Assembly (NCBI GenBank): GCA_026015185.1
Contig: JAOZGX010000047.1
Span: 3,475 to 67,474, forward strand
DNA: 64,000 nucleotides
Source of the DNA: Candidatus Bathyarchaeota archaeon
GTDB lineage: Archaea; Thermoproteota; Bathyarchaeia; 40CM-2-53-6; RBG-13-38-9
Reading direction: 5' to 3'
Of the stretch, positions 39,774 through 50,239 are shown piece after piece. The notes beneath the pieces were generated by a model. The model worked only from the letters and a program-made list of their open reading frames with translations, was not told the DNA's origin and made no database searches. The position numbers were made by a program, and so were the translations under genes. Positions within the stretch are counted from its first letter, which is position 1. Each line of letters starts with the position of its first letter.

Positions 39774-41954
39774 ATGTCTCGTTTGCTGACGATTTCAAAT
39801 AGATTACCATTCAATATTGTAAGAAAAAAAGATACAATAAGATTTCAAAAAAGCATAGGTGGATTAGCAACTGGCTTAGGTTCATTTTATAAATCAAATC
39901 AGAGCTTCTGGATAGGATGGCCAGGAATAGCATTAGAAGAGATAAATCAGAAAGAACTTGAAAAGATTAAGAAAGGGTTGGCCTCTAAGAATTGTTATCC
40001 TGTTTTCCTATCTCGAAATGATATTTCGAATTATTATCAAGGCTTTTGTAACAAGACCATATGGCCTTTGTTTTCATATTTTCCTCAATATACAATTTAT
40101 GAAGAAAAATTTTGGAAATCTTACAAGGATGTAAATGAAGCTTTTTGTGATGCGGTAATTCAAGTTCTAAAAAAGGACGATATAATCTGGGTCCATGATT
40201 ATCAATTGATGTTACTGCCAAGATTGTTGAGAGAGAAGCTTCCCGATGCTACAATTGGATTTTTTCTTCACATTCCCTTTCCATCATCTGAATTATTCCG
40301 TCTACTGCCATGGCGCGAGGAAATAATTGAAGGTCTTTTAGGAGCAGATCTTATTGGATTTCATACCTACGATTATGTAAGACATTTTCTGAATAGTCTA
40401 CGTTTTATTTCGGGTTATGATTCAACTTTTGGTCAGATAAACATTGGAAATAGAATAATAAAAGCAGATATCTTTCCAATGGGGATAGAATACAACCGAT
40501 TTGCGAGTGCTACTAAGAATCCCAAAGTGCAAAAGGAGATTAGAAAATTCAAAAGAAAACTTGGTGATCGTAAAATAATTCTTTCGATGGATAGGTTAGA
40601 TTATACAAAAGGCCTATCACAAAGATTAAAATCATTTGATTATTTCTTAGCAGAGAATCCTGAGTTTATAGAGAAGGCAACTCTAATTCTTGTTGCTTCT
40701 CCTTCAAGAATGGATGTAGATCAATATAAGCTGATGAAAAAAGAGATAGACGAGATCGTTGGAAGAATTAATGGAAAATACGGCACTATGGGATGGGTGC
40801 CAATTTGGTATATTAATCGATATTTAGATGGTGATTCTGTCTCTGCTCTGTATAGTATTGCAGATGTCGCTCTTGTAACTCCACTAAGAGATGGAATGAA
40901 CCTAATATCGAAGGAATTCATAGCCACAAAAACAAATGGTCTAGGAGTTTTAATATTAAGTGGAATGGCAGGAGCTGCAAAAGAACTAGGAGAAGCAATT
41001 ATAGTAAATCCAAACAATATTGAATCTATTGCTTCAGCACTTGTAGACGCGTTAAAGATGTCAAAAAGCGAGCAAATTGCACGAAATAGAACGATGCAAA
41101 AAAGACTTCGACGTTATAATATTGAACGATGGGCAAAGGATTTCATTGAAGGTCTTAAGTCTATCAAGAAGACTCAAAGAGAATTAACCTCAAAGAGACT
41201 TACTTCCAACAGTATGAAGCAAATAGTAGATGATTATAAAAGAAGCAAAGATAGACTGTTTTTGTTAGATTACGATGGTACCTTAGTCTCGTTTACAAGT
41301 AAACCGACCAAAATTAAACCAGATAGAGAATTATCAGGATTGCTTAAGGGACTCATTAGTGAGTCGAATAATGAAGTCATAATTGTAAGTGGACGAGATA
41401 AAAATTCTCTAGGAAAAGGGTTCAAGAAATTAGATGTAAATCTAATAGCGGAACATGGTGTCTGGATCAAGTGTAAAAAAAGCTCGTGGGAAATAATTGA
41501 ACCTTTGAGAGATGATTGGAAAGAAGAAATACATCCATTACTGGAATTATATGTTGACAGAACGCCTGGCTCTCTTATTGAAGAGAAAGATTATTCTCTT
41601 GTTTGGCATTATCGAAAAGCAGATCCTGAACTAGCATCAGTTAGAGCAAGAGAGCTTAGAGATGATTTATTACATTTAACTTCAAATCTTGATGTTGGAG
41701 TATTAGAAGGAAGTAAGGTTATAGAAGTCAAGAATTTAAATGCAAACAAAGGACAGGCCGCAGCTCGTTTTATTTCAAAAAAGAAATGGGATTTTATATT
41801 AGCTATTGGTGATGATCAAACGGACGAAGATGTATTCGCTGCTCTTCCAGACACAGCTTATTCCATTAAGGTAAGATTAGGTCCTTCGCAAGCCAAATAC
41901 ACAATTGAGTCTCCTGAAGATGTGAGGCATTTATTAAAGGAATTAATATCCTAA
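39774..41954 (+). CDS. Bifunctional trehalose-6-phosphate synthase (GT20, OtsA) / trehalose-6-phosphate phosphatase (HAD, OtsB)
   Basis: N-terminal GT20 domain (RLLTISNRLPF, WVHDYQLMLLP, GFFLHIPFPS). C-terminal HAD domain (LFLLDYDGTL, AIGDDQTDEDVF). Confidence 0.85.
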   Translation: MSRLLTISNRLPFNIVRKKDTIRFQKSIGGLATGLGSFYKSNQSFWIGWPGIALEEINQKELEKIKKGLASKNCYPVFLSRNDISNYYQGFCNKTIWPLFSYFPQYTIYEEKFWKSYKDVNEAFCDAVIQVLKKDDIIWVHDYQLMLLPRLLREKLPDATIGFFLHIPFPSSELFRLLPWREEIIEGLLGADLIGFHTYDYVRHFLNSLRFISGYDSTFGQINIGNRIIKADIFPMGIEYNRFASATKNPKVQKEIRKFKRKLGDRKIILSMDRLDYTKGLSQRLKSFDYFLAENPEFIEKATLILVASPSRMDVDQYKLMKKEIDEIVGRINGKYGTMGWVPIWYINRYLDGDSVSALYSIADVALVTPLRDGMNLISKEFIATKTNGLGVLILSGMAGAAKELGEAIIVNPNNIESIASALVDALKMSKSEQIARNRTMQKRLRRYNIERWAKDFIEGLKSIKKTQRELTSKRLTSNSMKQIVDDYKRSKDRLFLLDYDGTLVSFTSKPTKIKPDRELSGLLKGLISESNNEVIIVSGRDKNSLGKGFKKLDVNLIAEHGVWIKCKKSSWEIIEPLRDDWKEEIHPLLELYVDRTPGSLIEEKDYSLVWHYRKADPELASVRARELRDDLLHLTSNLDVGVLEGSKVIEVKNLNANKGQAAARFISKKKWDFILAIGDDQTDEDVFAALPDTAYSIKVRLGPSQAKYTIESPEDVRHLLKELIS

Positions 41955-41966
41955 GAATGGCACCCA

Positions 41967-42596
41967 CTATTTTGATTTCTTCTGGCTAACCAATTTATCC
42001 AAATAATCATGGAAGAAGAACCAAATAGCAAATACTCCTATAGTTATCCCCAACCCTAATGATAATCCTTTTTGAAGTTCCTGTTGTGTCAAGGGACTGA
42101 GACTAGCCAAATCAAATATCATCATTGTTATCAGAATGAGGAGAATAAACATAATATAACCTCTCATTCTGGTTTGAACAGTCACTTTTCCAATAAGTAT
42201 GTTAAACAAGAAGAAAATTATGAGTATAATAAATAAATCACTAAGGATACGACTGGAATATTGAAAAGCTTCTTTGACTATTGACAATTGTTGAAGTTCT
42301 AAGAAGTAGTTAGCTAATCCGAAAAGAGCAATAAGCACAATACCTACATCGATAAGTAGAATTATTAAATTATTTAGAGAGAATGGAAGTTCAATCTTCC
42401 CTATTTTCTTTAACATGCCATCTAGATCTACTAGCTTCAGAATTCTACTGAATAGACTATTTACAAGTCTGATTATAAGGAATGTAATGATAAGAACGAT
42501 TAATACCAAAATTATCTTTGGCAAAAAAGCTATGATATCATATGCTATTTCCTGCAATGCTTCTTTAAGAAAGTCAAATGGGGTTTCTTGACTCAT
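41967..42596 (-). CDS. Hypothetical membrane protein
   Basis: 209 aa with several hydrophobic helices. Confidence 0.4.
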   Translation of the reverse strand: MSQETPFDFLKEALQEIAYDIIAFLPKIILVLIVLIITFLIIRLVNSLFSRILKLVDLDGMLKKIGKIELPFSLNNLIILLIDVGIVLIALFGLANYFLELQQLSIVKEAFQYSSRILSDLFIILIIFFLFNILIGKVTVQTRMRGYIMFILLILITMMIFDLASLSPLTQQELQKGLSLGLGITIGVFAIWFFFHDYLDKLVSQKKSK

Positions 42597-42635
42597 ATAA
42601 AGAAAGAATGGTAACTTGTGTATAAAATGATTTTG

Positions 42636-43964
42636 CTAGAAGACCATAAGGAATAAGATTCTGTAAATGACATAAAGGAATAACAAGACTAGAGAAAAGC
42701 CAACTAATCTCAAAGTCAACATAATAGTATCTTTTGATAGCTCAACTGAGATATTGTATCCCATGATACTTTTATCATAAAGAGTGAATGAATAGGTTCT
42801 TGCAACTTGTTCAGGTAAAATCGCTACCTCAGGTATGGTCGTTGAAGCGAGTATGAATGCAATCAATTTTATTCCAAAAACGAACAGGAATAAAAGGAAA
42901 TATTCCTCTTTTATGAAGATGCCTATCGGTGCTACCAATATATTCGCAATACACAAGATAACCGCCATTAAAATGCTCGGTTTGATTGCACCAAGCCATT
43001 TCTTGTAACCTGCAAATAAGAAACTTGCTATGAAGTTCGAACCAGTGAAAGTAAATGATGAAATTGCAGAAAGCATTGGATGGATTAATGCGATAGGAGT
43101 GGCCAAAGCCAATATCGGCGTCACAGAGTCCAAACCTACATTGTATCTTAAAGCCTTGAAGGACCATCCCTTACATAAAAGGGATGCCAAGATGCTTGTT
43201 AGAGTAATAACAAGGTTCATTGCCACAGCCAAATAATCTGGACCTTTCAAATGATCCATAACATAAGGAATCCAAACCATATATAGCAGGTTTCCACCCG
43301 CTAGCATGGCAACCATATAAGCAGAAGTAGAAAATAATTTCTCAGGATGTTCAATACTCTTAGGAATCTCTATACTCTCAAGATGCGATAAGTTCATCAA
43401 TGAAATTGTTGAAGTAGCCATTAAACCAATCGCCACGCCCAGCAGATATATATAGAAAAATTTTGTCTCAGGAGGCAGAAATGCTAAAAGAATAATAGCA
43501 ATAACGTAACCTAAAATACTTGATACGCCAAGAGTTGCTGTTCGTTTAGCTGTAACGTCTTTTATTTCTTTCTCTGAAAATGATCCAAAAATTGCAAGGT
43601 TCATAAAAGCTGTTGTCGGTGTAGCAGCGGCCACAGAGTAGATTAATGCAATCACGAAATAATTTTGGGTGAGTGGAATGAAAATAAAGAAAATCCGATC
43701 CAATCCATGATTAAGGATAAAGTTGGCTCTGATCTTTGTAATAAGAAATTGGGGATACTTGTAAAATAGAATGTGAGTAATCAGCTTGATTATTGCTGAA
43801 ACTCCAACAACAACTGATATGCCTTCAACGCCTGCTCCTATAGAAACGATATAAACAAAGAGTAAACCTGTTGTTAAAGCTGAAGATACGCCATAAAATA
43901 ATGCTTCTATCACTAGTAAGAATTTCAACCTAGTATTATGCACTATCGCCTTTGTACTATTCAT
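42636..43964 (-). CDS. MFS-type transporter-like polytopic membrane protein
   Basis: 442 aa with about 12 predicted TM helices. Confidence 0.5.
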   Translation of the reverse strand: MNSTKAIVHNTRLKFLLVIEALFYGVSSALTTGLLFVYIVSIGAGVEGISVVVGVSAIIKLITHILFYKYPQFLITKIRANFILNHGLDRIFFIFIPLTQNYFVIALIYSVAAATPTTAFMNLAIFGSFSEKEIKDVTAKRTATLGVSSILGYVIAIILLAFLPPETKFFYIYLLGVAIGLMATSTISLMNLSHLESIEIPKSIEHPEKLFSTSAYMVAMLAGGNLLYMVWIPYVMDHLKGPDYLAVAMNLVITLTSILASLLCKGWSFKALRYNVGLDSVTPILALATPIALIHPMLSAISSFTFTGSNFIASFLFAGYKKWLGAIKPSILMAVILCIANILVAPIGIFIKEEYFLLFLFVFGIKLIAFILASTTIPEVAILPEQVARTYSFTLYDKSIMGYNISVELSKDTIMLTLRLVGFSLVLLFLYVIYRILFLMVF

Positions 43965-43985
43965 CTTAAACGCAAGCTTTGGCTT

Positions 43986-44696
43986 CTAATCAACTAGTTT
44001 AAAATAAATTCTGCGATTATTCTTGCCTTTATTCTCTGCCTTTATCATCTCTATAACGCCTATTTCCTTTAAATTCTTGACATGAGTGCCTGCATCAGCT
44101 TGCTTATCAAATCCTTCGATCTCCACTATCCTTAAAGAGGAAACATTAGGTGGCAAAGCCTTTGCTAGTTTAACAACTCCGGGTATTTTCATTGCCTCTT
44201 CTCTAGGCAATTCATACCAGCTAACTGGGATATCCTGTTTAAAGAGTTCATTGGCTTTATGAATATAATTTCCTAAAGCTTCACGATCGAATTTTTCAAT
44301 GCTAAAATCAAACCTGATTTTATCAACTTCCAACTGGTTGCCAGTTATCAATGCTCCTGTTTCATTCATTAATATGGTTGCTAAAGTATGAGCAGCCGTA
44401 TGACTACGCATTAGCTTATATCTGCGCTCCCAATCTAATTCACAATGAACTTTATCTCCTGCTTTTAATCCAGGTCGATCTACTTCATGTGAAATATCCC
44501 CACTGAATTTCCCAACATAAACTACGTTATAGTTTTCGCTTCCACTAATTATCTTGCCAGTATCCCAAGGTTGACCTCCACCTTTTGGATGAAAGATAGT
44601 CTGATCTAATACTACGTATTTATCATCCTTAACAGAAAGAATTGTTGCATCGTATTCTTTGAGGTAACTATCCTGTAAATAAAGTGCTTTAGACAT
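43986..44696 (-). CDS. AlaX-M-type alanyl-tRNA editing protein
   Basis: HTAAHTL zinc-binding motif of the Ala/Thr-tRNA synthetase editing domain. 236 aa. Confidence 0.75.
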   Translation of the reverse strand: MSKALYLQDSYLKEYDATILSVKDDKYVVLDQTIFHPKGGGQPWDTGKIISGSENYNVVYVGKFSGDISHEVDRPGLKAGDKVHCELDWERRYKLMRSHTAAHTLATILMNETGALITGNQLEVDKIRFDFSIEKFDREALGNYIHKANELFKQDIPVSWYELPREEAMKIPGVVKLAKALPPNVSSLRIVEIEGFDKQADAGTHVKNLKEIGVIEMIKAENKGKNNRRIYFKLVD

Positions 44697-44813
44697 AACT
44701 CAATATAATTACACAAAAAGCAATAAGAATTTAATGTGTGGTAGAATCTGAATTAAATTTAATATATAACAAAGTTATGATCTGTAGCATACAAAAAATT
44801 TGGTGATTTAATT

Positions 44814-45308
44814 ATGAAAACAGATGATAATCTTAAAGCTGCTTTTGCAGGAGAGTCGCAAGCTAATAGAAAGTATACAGCTTTTGCCATAAAGGCAGAG
44901 CAAGAAGGATTTTCTCAGGTTGCAAAGCTGTTCAAAGCTGCAGCTGATGCAGAGACTGTGCACGCACTTAATCATTTAAGGACCTTAAAGGAAGTCGGAT
45001 CTACTATTGAAAATCTTAAAGTGGCTAAAGAGGGGGAAACGCATGAGTTCAAGGAAATGTATCCAGATTTTATTAAAAATGCGGAAGAAGAGAATCGTGC
45101 TGATGCTAAATTAACATTTAGTTATGCGAACAAAGTTGAAGAAGTGCATGCACAATTATATCAAGAAGCTACAGAAGCTGTTGAGTCGGGTAAAGATTTG
45201 CCTGATTCTGATTTATTCGTATGTCAGACTTGTGGTTACACGGCAAAAGAAGCCCCAGACGTATGCCCAGTATGCAGCTCACCTAAAGAACGGTTCAAGA
45301 AAATCTAA
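44814..45308 (+). CDS. Rubrerythrin with C-terminal rubredoxin-like domain
   Basis: Diiron ferritin-like motifs (ESQANRKY; ETHEFKEMY) and C-terminal CQTCGY...CPVCSSP. Confidence 0.85.
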   Translation: MKTDDNLKAAFAGESQANRKYTAFAIKAEQEGFSQVAKLFKAAADAETVHALNHLRTLKEVGSTIENLKVAKEGETHEFKEMYPDFIKNAEEENRADAKLTFSYANKVEEVHAQLYQEATEAVESGKDLPDSDLFVCQTCGYTAKEAPDVCPVCSSPKERFKKI

Positions 45309-45358
45309 AATTAACCCTCCCTTTTTATTGTGAAAATTCAAAAGTATGGTGTGAATTT

Positions 45359-46060
45359 ATGCCGGTTTTTGAAGCAGAATTATTGGAAACCATTCCTAGA
45401 ACAGATAACATCTCAAGTTTCAGATTTAGCAACCCAGTAAATCTTCAATTTGAAGCAGGTCAATATTTTATAATTACAATTAAAGAAGGAGATAATACGC
45501 TAGTTCATCATTTCTCATTTTCCAACAGCCCAACTGAGGTGGGCTATCTGGAATTCACAACTAGATTAAGGGATTCTGAATTCAAAAATGCATTAAAAAG
45601 ATTGAAAAAAGGCGATACTGTTAAATTGAATGGTCCATTTGGTGAATTTTTACTTAAGGCTGATGCGGAAAAGATCAGTATGGTTTCTGGAGGCATTGGG
45701 ATAACCCCCTTTAGAAGCATGATCAAATATTGCACAGATAATCATCTTAAAACAAAAATCACACTCCTGTATGGCAATCGTTCAGAGGCAGATATCGCAT
45801 TCAAAGACGAACTTGATATTATGCAGAAAGACAATTCAAATTTAAAGGTAGTTCATACTCTATCAGAAGCTGATGAAGGTTGGAGTGGGTATAAAGGTCA
45901 TATTGATGAATCAATGATAAAAAAAGAGATTCCAGATTATGCTGACAATATTTTTTATTGTAGTGGACCTCCAGGTATGGTCAAAGCTATGGGAGATCTT
46001 ATCCTCAACGTAGGTGTCAACAAAGATAATATAATAAAAGAAAATTTCTCTGGTTATTAA
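45359..46060 (+). CDS. FAD/NAD(P)-binding oxidoreductase (ferredoxin-NADP reductase-like)
   Basis: FNR-like beta-barrel followed by a Rossmann fold (ISMVSGGIGITP; FYCSGPPGMV). Confidence 0.7.
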   Translation: MPVFEAELLETIPRTDNISSFRFSNPVNLQFEAGQYFIITIKEGDNTLVHHFSFSNSPTEVGYLEFTTRLRDSEFKNALKRLKKGDTVKLNGPFGEFLLKADAEKISMVSGGIGITPFRSMIKYCTDNHLKTKITLLYGNRSEADIAFKDELDIMQKDNSNLKVVHTLSEADEGWSGYKGHIDESMIKKEIPDYADNIFYCSGPPGMVKAMGDLILNVGVNKDNIIKENFSGY

Positions 46061-46097
46061 CACAATCTTGTTTCATATTAATAGAGTGCTATAAGAA

Positions 46098-47153
46098 TTG
46101 AATGAAGATACTGTTTTTACCTTCGGTGGTTTCCATCCCGATTTCGCTGAGGAGATAGAGTATTTTAGGAAATGTAAAGTCTATAGTCTGCAAATTGAGG
46201 CAAATCTTGCTTGTCCTCAAGGTTGTCTCTACTGTTATGCTTCATCCACTGATAAGCCCATGAAAGAATTACCAGCGGAGGATATCATCAAGGTCATTGA
46301 TTCCGCTGCAAAGATGGATATCCGGATGATCGACTGGTTGGGTGGTGATCCACTTCTTAGAAGTGATTGGTATGAGCTAATGAGTTACGCAAAGAGCAAG
46401 AATTTAAAGAACACCGTCTGGACAAGCGGCATACCTTTAGAGAATATAGAGGTGGCTAAGAAGGCGGTAGAAGTGACGGAGGGCGGTTTCATCTCTGTTC
46501 ATCTTGATAGCTTAGATGAGGGGATCTATAGAAAACTACATACTGGAGATCCTAAAAGAAAGATAGCGTCTATCTTGAAAGGGGTGGATAATGTACAATC
46601 TCTCGGAAAAAATCCAGACCAAATGATCAATTGCATTACCTTTACAAAATTAGTATCAGAAGATGTTGATAGAACGATAAAGTATTTTTATGATAAAAAG
46701 GGAATGCGAACCTGCTTAACGCAAATGTGTATGGAAGGCCTGGCTGAAGAACACTCTGATTGGGAACCTACTATTAATGACGTTAAAATGGCTTGCAAGG
46801 CTAGAGATAATATAAACTACCCTGACTCAAAACTGTCGATGGGCAGTATGGATACAAACAAATTCTATTGTGGAGGCATGATCTGCGTAACTGTCGATGG
46901 AGAAGTTACTCCTTGCTCTGTCATTAGAAAAGGTTTTGGAAATATCAAGACAACTCCACTAGAATATATAGTGGAAAAACACAAGAACGAATTGCTTTTC
47001 GCCCATTTGAGAGATACAAAGAACTTGCCAGGGAATTGTAGTAGTTGCGAGCATAATTCAGTTTGTTGGGGTTGTAGAGCAACAGCGTATATTGAGACAG
47101 GAGATCTCTTCGCAGAAGATCCCAAATGCTATATAAATCCCAAAAATAAATAA
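46098..47153 (+). CDS. Radical SAM enzyme with C-terminal SPASM/twitch Cys-rich domain
   Basis: CPQGCLYCY (CxxxCxxC) radical SAM cluster. C-terminal Cys cluster FYCGGMICV...TPCS...CSSCEHNSVCWGCRA. Confidence 0.7.
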   Translation: MNEDTVFTFGGFHPDFAEEIEYFRKCKVYSLQIEANLACPQGCLYCYASSTDKPMKELPAEDIIKVIDSAAKMDIRMIDWLGGDPLLRSDWYELMSYAKSKNLKNTVWTSGIPLENIEVAKKAVEVTEGGFISVHLDSLDEGIYRKLHTGDPKRKIASILKGVDNVQSLGKNPDQMINCITFTKLVSEDVDRTIKYFYDKKGMRTCLTQMCMEGLAEEHSDWEPTINDVKMACKARDNINYPDSKLSMGSMDTNKFYCGGMICVTVDGEVTPCSVIRKGFGNIKTTPLEYIVEKHKNELLFAHLRDTKNLPGNCSSCEHNSVCWGCRATAYIETGDLFAEDPKCYINPKNK

Positions 47154-47177
47154 CATAAGTTTAGGGCGAACTTTTTA

Positions 47178-47984
47178 TTGAATATTGAAAAGGGTAAAAA
47201 ACTTGATTTTACAATCTCTGATGTTAACGAGGTCTATGACGGTCCTGTTGGAATTCTTTGGGAAATGTTGATGGGAGAACAGATCCATGTAGGTGGAGAG
47301 AAAGAAACCGATATTCTTGCTGAAAAGGCACAAATAACTAAAGAAAAGACTGTTTTAGATGTCTGTAGTGCTTTAGGAGGTCCAGCTAGACATTTAACAA
47401 AAAAATACGGCTGTAAAATCACAGGATTAGATGCAACAACAACTATGACAAATGAAGCTATTAAAAGAACAGAAAAGGCGGGTTTAGCTGATCTTATTAA
47501 TTATAAGTTAGGTAATGCCTTGGATATGCCATTTAAGGCAAACTCGTTTGATATAGTCTGGGGTCAAGATGCTTGGTGCTACATAACCGATAAGGACAGA
47601 CTGATAAGCGAAGCCCATAGAGTTATTAAACCCAATGGAATCATCGCCTTCACAGACTGGCTCCAAGTAGGTAACATGACGGATAAAGAATGGGATGATC
47701 TTAATAGTTTCATGGCATTCCCATACATGGAAACCTTAGATGGATATGAACAAATATTGAAGAAAACCGGATTTGAAGTCATTGAGAAAGAGGACTTGAG
47801 TGAAGATTTCGCCAAACATTGCCACATTTACCAAGATATGCTTAGAACCGAATTAAAAGATGGGATATTACAAAAATATGGGGAAGATATGTTCAAGATT
47901 GCTGATGGTGGATTAAATCTTTGGGTAAAAGCAGCTGACGAGGGAAAAGTTGGACGTGGAAGGTTAATAGGCAAAAAATTATAA
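47178..47984 (+). CDS. Class I SAM-dependent methyltransferase
   Basis: Motif I VLDVCSALGGPARHL and a post-I acidic residue (GLDAT). Confidence 0.7.
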   Translation: MNIEKGKKLDFTISDVNEVYDGPVGILWEMLMGEQIHVGGEKETDILAEKAQITKEKTVLDVCSALGGPARHLTKKYGCKITGLDATTTMTNEAIKRTEKAGLADLINYKLGNALDMPFKANSFDIVWGQDAWCYITDKDRLISEAHRVIKPNGIIAFTDWLQVGNMTDKEWDDLNSFMAFPYMETLDGYEQILKKTGFEVIEKEDLSEDFAKHCHIYQDMLRTELKDGILQKYGEDMFKIADGGLNLWVKAADEGKVGRGRLIGKKL

Positions 47985-48017
47985 AATACTATTCACAAAA
48001 GCATAAGTTGATCGTTA

Positions 48018-48668
48018 ATGAAGTGGGAAAGATTAACAAATGTTGGTTCAGGAATTCTACTAATAGGAATCGTATGGCTAATATTCTGGTTGACCGTTGC
48101 ATTTCAATTATTTGAAAATGATCCACGCTGGGGGCATAACTTTGCTATTCCCTTAATCTTCATAACAATTGGATTAGCTTATCATTTCAACAAAATATCT
48201 TGTCAATTGGTTTCTGTGTTTTCTTCCTTCCTAACAGTACCAATATTTCTAGCTTTCATTGCGTGGGATACAGGGACCATTATAGCAGTTGTGTTATTAT
48301 TATTGACAATAATTCTATATCTGATAGAGGGGAAGAGAAAAGTGCAAATCATAAATCCAAAACCGATGCTAAGGATTTGGCTAAAAATACACCCATTGAA
48401 TTTTGCTTATTTTGGTCTTTTACACATGCCTTTGTTATTTTTCCTTGTAAGATGGTTCAACCCTGATCCTTTCCTCATATATTTGCCTGTAGAGCATGAA
48501 CCTTCAACAAGCATCTTTAATTTTATGTTGTTGATACTAACGCCATTAGCCATAATGGAGCGATATGTCAACAAAATAGGGAGATTTGAGGTTTCGAAAA
48601 TTGGTTTCTTTTGGACAATACTAATGATAATTTTGCCACTGATCTCAATAGGTATTCTAGGGCATTGA
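48018..48668 (+). CDS. Membrane protein of uncharacterised family (paralog of the C-terminal domain of 50845-52029)
   Basis: 216 aa with about 6 TM. Shares motifs DPRWGHNFA, LIEGKRK, WLKIHPL and LLHMP with the fusion protein on the opposite strand. Confidence 0.55.
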   Translation: MKWERLTNVGSGILLIGIVWLIFWLTVAFQLFENDPRWGHNFAIPLIFITIGLAYHFNKISCQLVSVFSSFLTVPIFLAFIAWDTGTIIAVVLLLLTIILYLIEGKRKVQIINPKPMLRIWLKIHPLNFAYFGLLHMPLLFFLVRWFNPDPFLIYLPVEHEPSTSIFNFMLLILTPLAIMERYVNKIGRFEVSKIGFFWTILMIILPLISIGILGH

Positions 48669-48741
48669 TATCTTGATAGTTCTAGAATCTTTTAATTACC
48701 AGAATAAATCAAAAAAGATAGAATGTGCATAGTAATTTATT

Positions 48742-50154
48742 ATGAATCTCAAACTAAGACCTTCCAAATCTATTTCCAAGATAACAATGCTACAAAAACA
48801 TAAATCCAAATTATTTCTTTTCTTTTTATCAGGTTTTTTTCAACTTCTTATCTACTATAATTTATTTACAATAGGAAATCTCGGCGAAAACATCACGTTA
48901 TTTCTTAGAAACTATATCTTATTGTTTGTAATCTATTTTTTGACTCTATTTTCTTGTATGAAGAATGGATTAGCAAAGAGTTACTTCTCAAGATACTTGG
49001 CTTTGATGTTCTTATTTTCTATTTTATTTAGAAGCCTTATGGTGATCTCTGATGTGTCACTCAGCACAGACATTTTAAGATACCTATGGGATGGAATGCT
49101 TCTAAACAATGGAATAGATCCGTATGAATATATTCCACTATCATCAGAACTTGATAGGTTTAAGGATGTTGAATTCTATCAAGCTTACGACCATAAAGGC
49201 GAATTTACTCCTTACCCTCCATTCTCTCAACTATTCTTCACAATAAGCTACTTGATATTCAATGCAAGTATTACAGGAATGAAGTCCTTACTATCCGTCT
49301 TCGATTTTCTTAACGGCATTTTAATAATACTACTTATTTTGAAAATTAGAGGCGATACTCTTCAAGCTTTTCAAGGTGCTTTAATTTATTTATGGAATCC
49401 TCTTGTAATAATAGAATTTTCACATAGTGGGCATATAGATGCGTTAGCGATATTTCTGACTCTTCTCAGCCTTTACTTTCTTTCTAATTTATCTGTTATC
49501 AACTCATCAGTTCTGATCTTGCTAAGTACCTTAACTAAATGGTTCTCTTTACTTTTCACTCCACTCTATCTCAAATACTTTTTCAAAAATAGCATAAGAT
49601 CCTCTATTTTGACTATTGCATCAATATCTTTTACTTTTTCAATGTTAGTAATACCATTCTATCTTAATTCTAGATTCAATTTTGTAATGGGAATGATTTA
49701 TTTCATAAAGAACTGGAGGTTTGAGTCTTTTCTATCAAGACTCATAACAATTTTTCTTCAGCTAGATACCCCAGAAGAGACATACATAGCGAAATTAACT
49801 TCCTATCTTATTTTCTTAACATCTTATTTTTTCATTCTCTATAAATCAAAATTATATCAAGTATCGAATGTGATAGAATATTCAATTTTAACCCTACTAA
49901 CATTCTACTTTATAACTCCATCCATATTTCCTTGGTACATGCCTTGGATATTGGCTTTGTTTTCAATTTTGAAGGTCGATAGGAGAACTTGGCTTACTAT
50001 TTTTCTATCGGGAATTTCAGTAATAAGCTATATAATGGAGTTTTATCCGCTTTCGGAGTTTGAATTTTGGTTCGCATATATACTATGGTTCATTCCAATA
50101 GTTGGAATCTATTTCCTACATACATCTGAATTGATTAAACAAGGGGATAAATAA
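48742..50154 (+). CDS. Polytopic membrane protein, GT-C-fold glycosyltransferase-like (DUF2029/GT87-like)
   Basis: 470 aa with more than 10 TM. The size and topology are typical of GT-C mannosyltransferase-like proteins. No firm motif. Confidence 0.4.
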   Translation: MNLKLRPSKSISKITMLQKHKSKLFLFFLSGFFQLLIYYNLFTIGNLGENITLFLRNYILLFVIYFLTLFSCMKNGLAKSYFSRYLALMFLFSILFRSLMVISDVSLSTDILRYLWDGMLLNNGIDPYEYIPLSSELDRFKDVEFYQAYDHKGEFTPYPPFSQLFFTISYLIFNASITGMKSLLSVFDFLNGILIILLILKIRGDTLQAFQGALIYLWNPLVIIEFSHSGHIDALAIFLTLLSLYFLSNLSVINSSVLILLSTLTKWFSLLFTPLYLKYFFKNSIRSSILTIASISFTFSMLVIPFYLNSRFNFVMGMIYFIKNWRFESFLSRLITIFLQLDTPEETYIAKLTSYLIFLTSYFFILYKSKLYQVSNVIEYSILTLLTFYFITPSIFPWYMPWILALFSILKVDRRTWLTIFLSGISVISYIMEFYPLSEFEFWFAYILWFIPIVGIYFLHTSELIKQGDK

Positions 50155-50239
50155 TCATTATATAAAGGCTGATATAACTAGCGAAATTATATTGTCTTTA
50201 TTTCTCATATTTCATTAATAGATCTTTAAGAATCATTGA

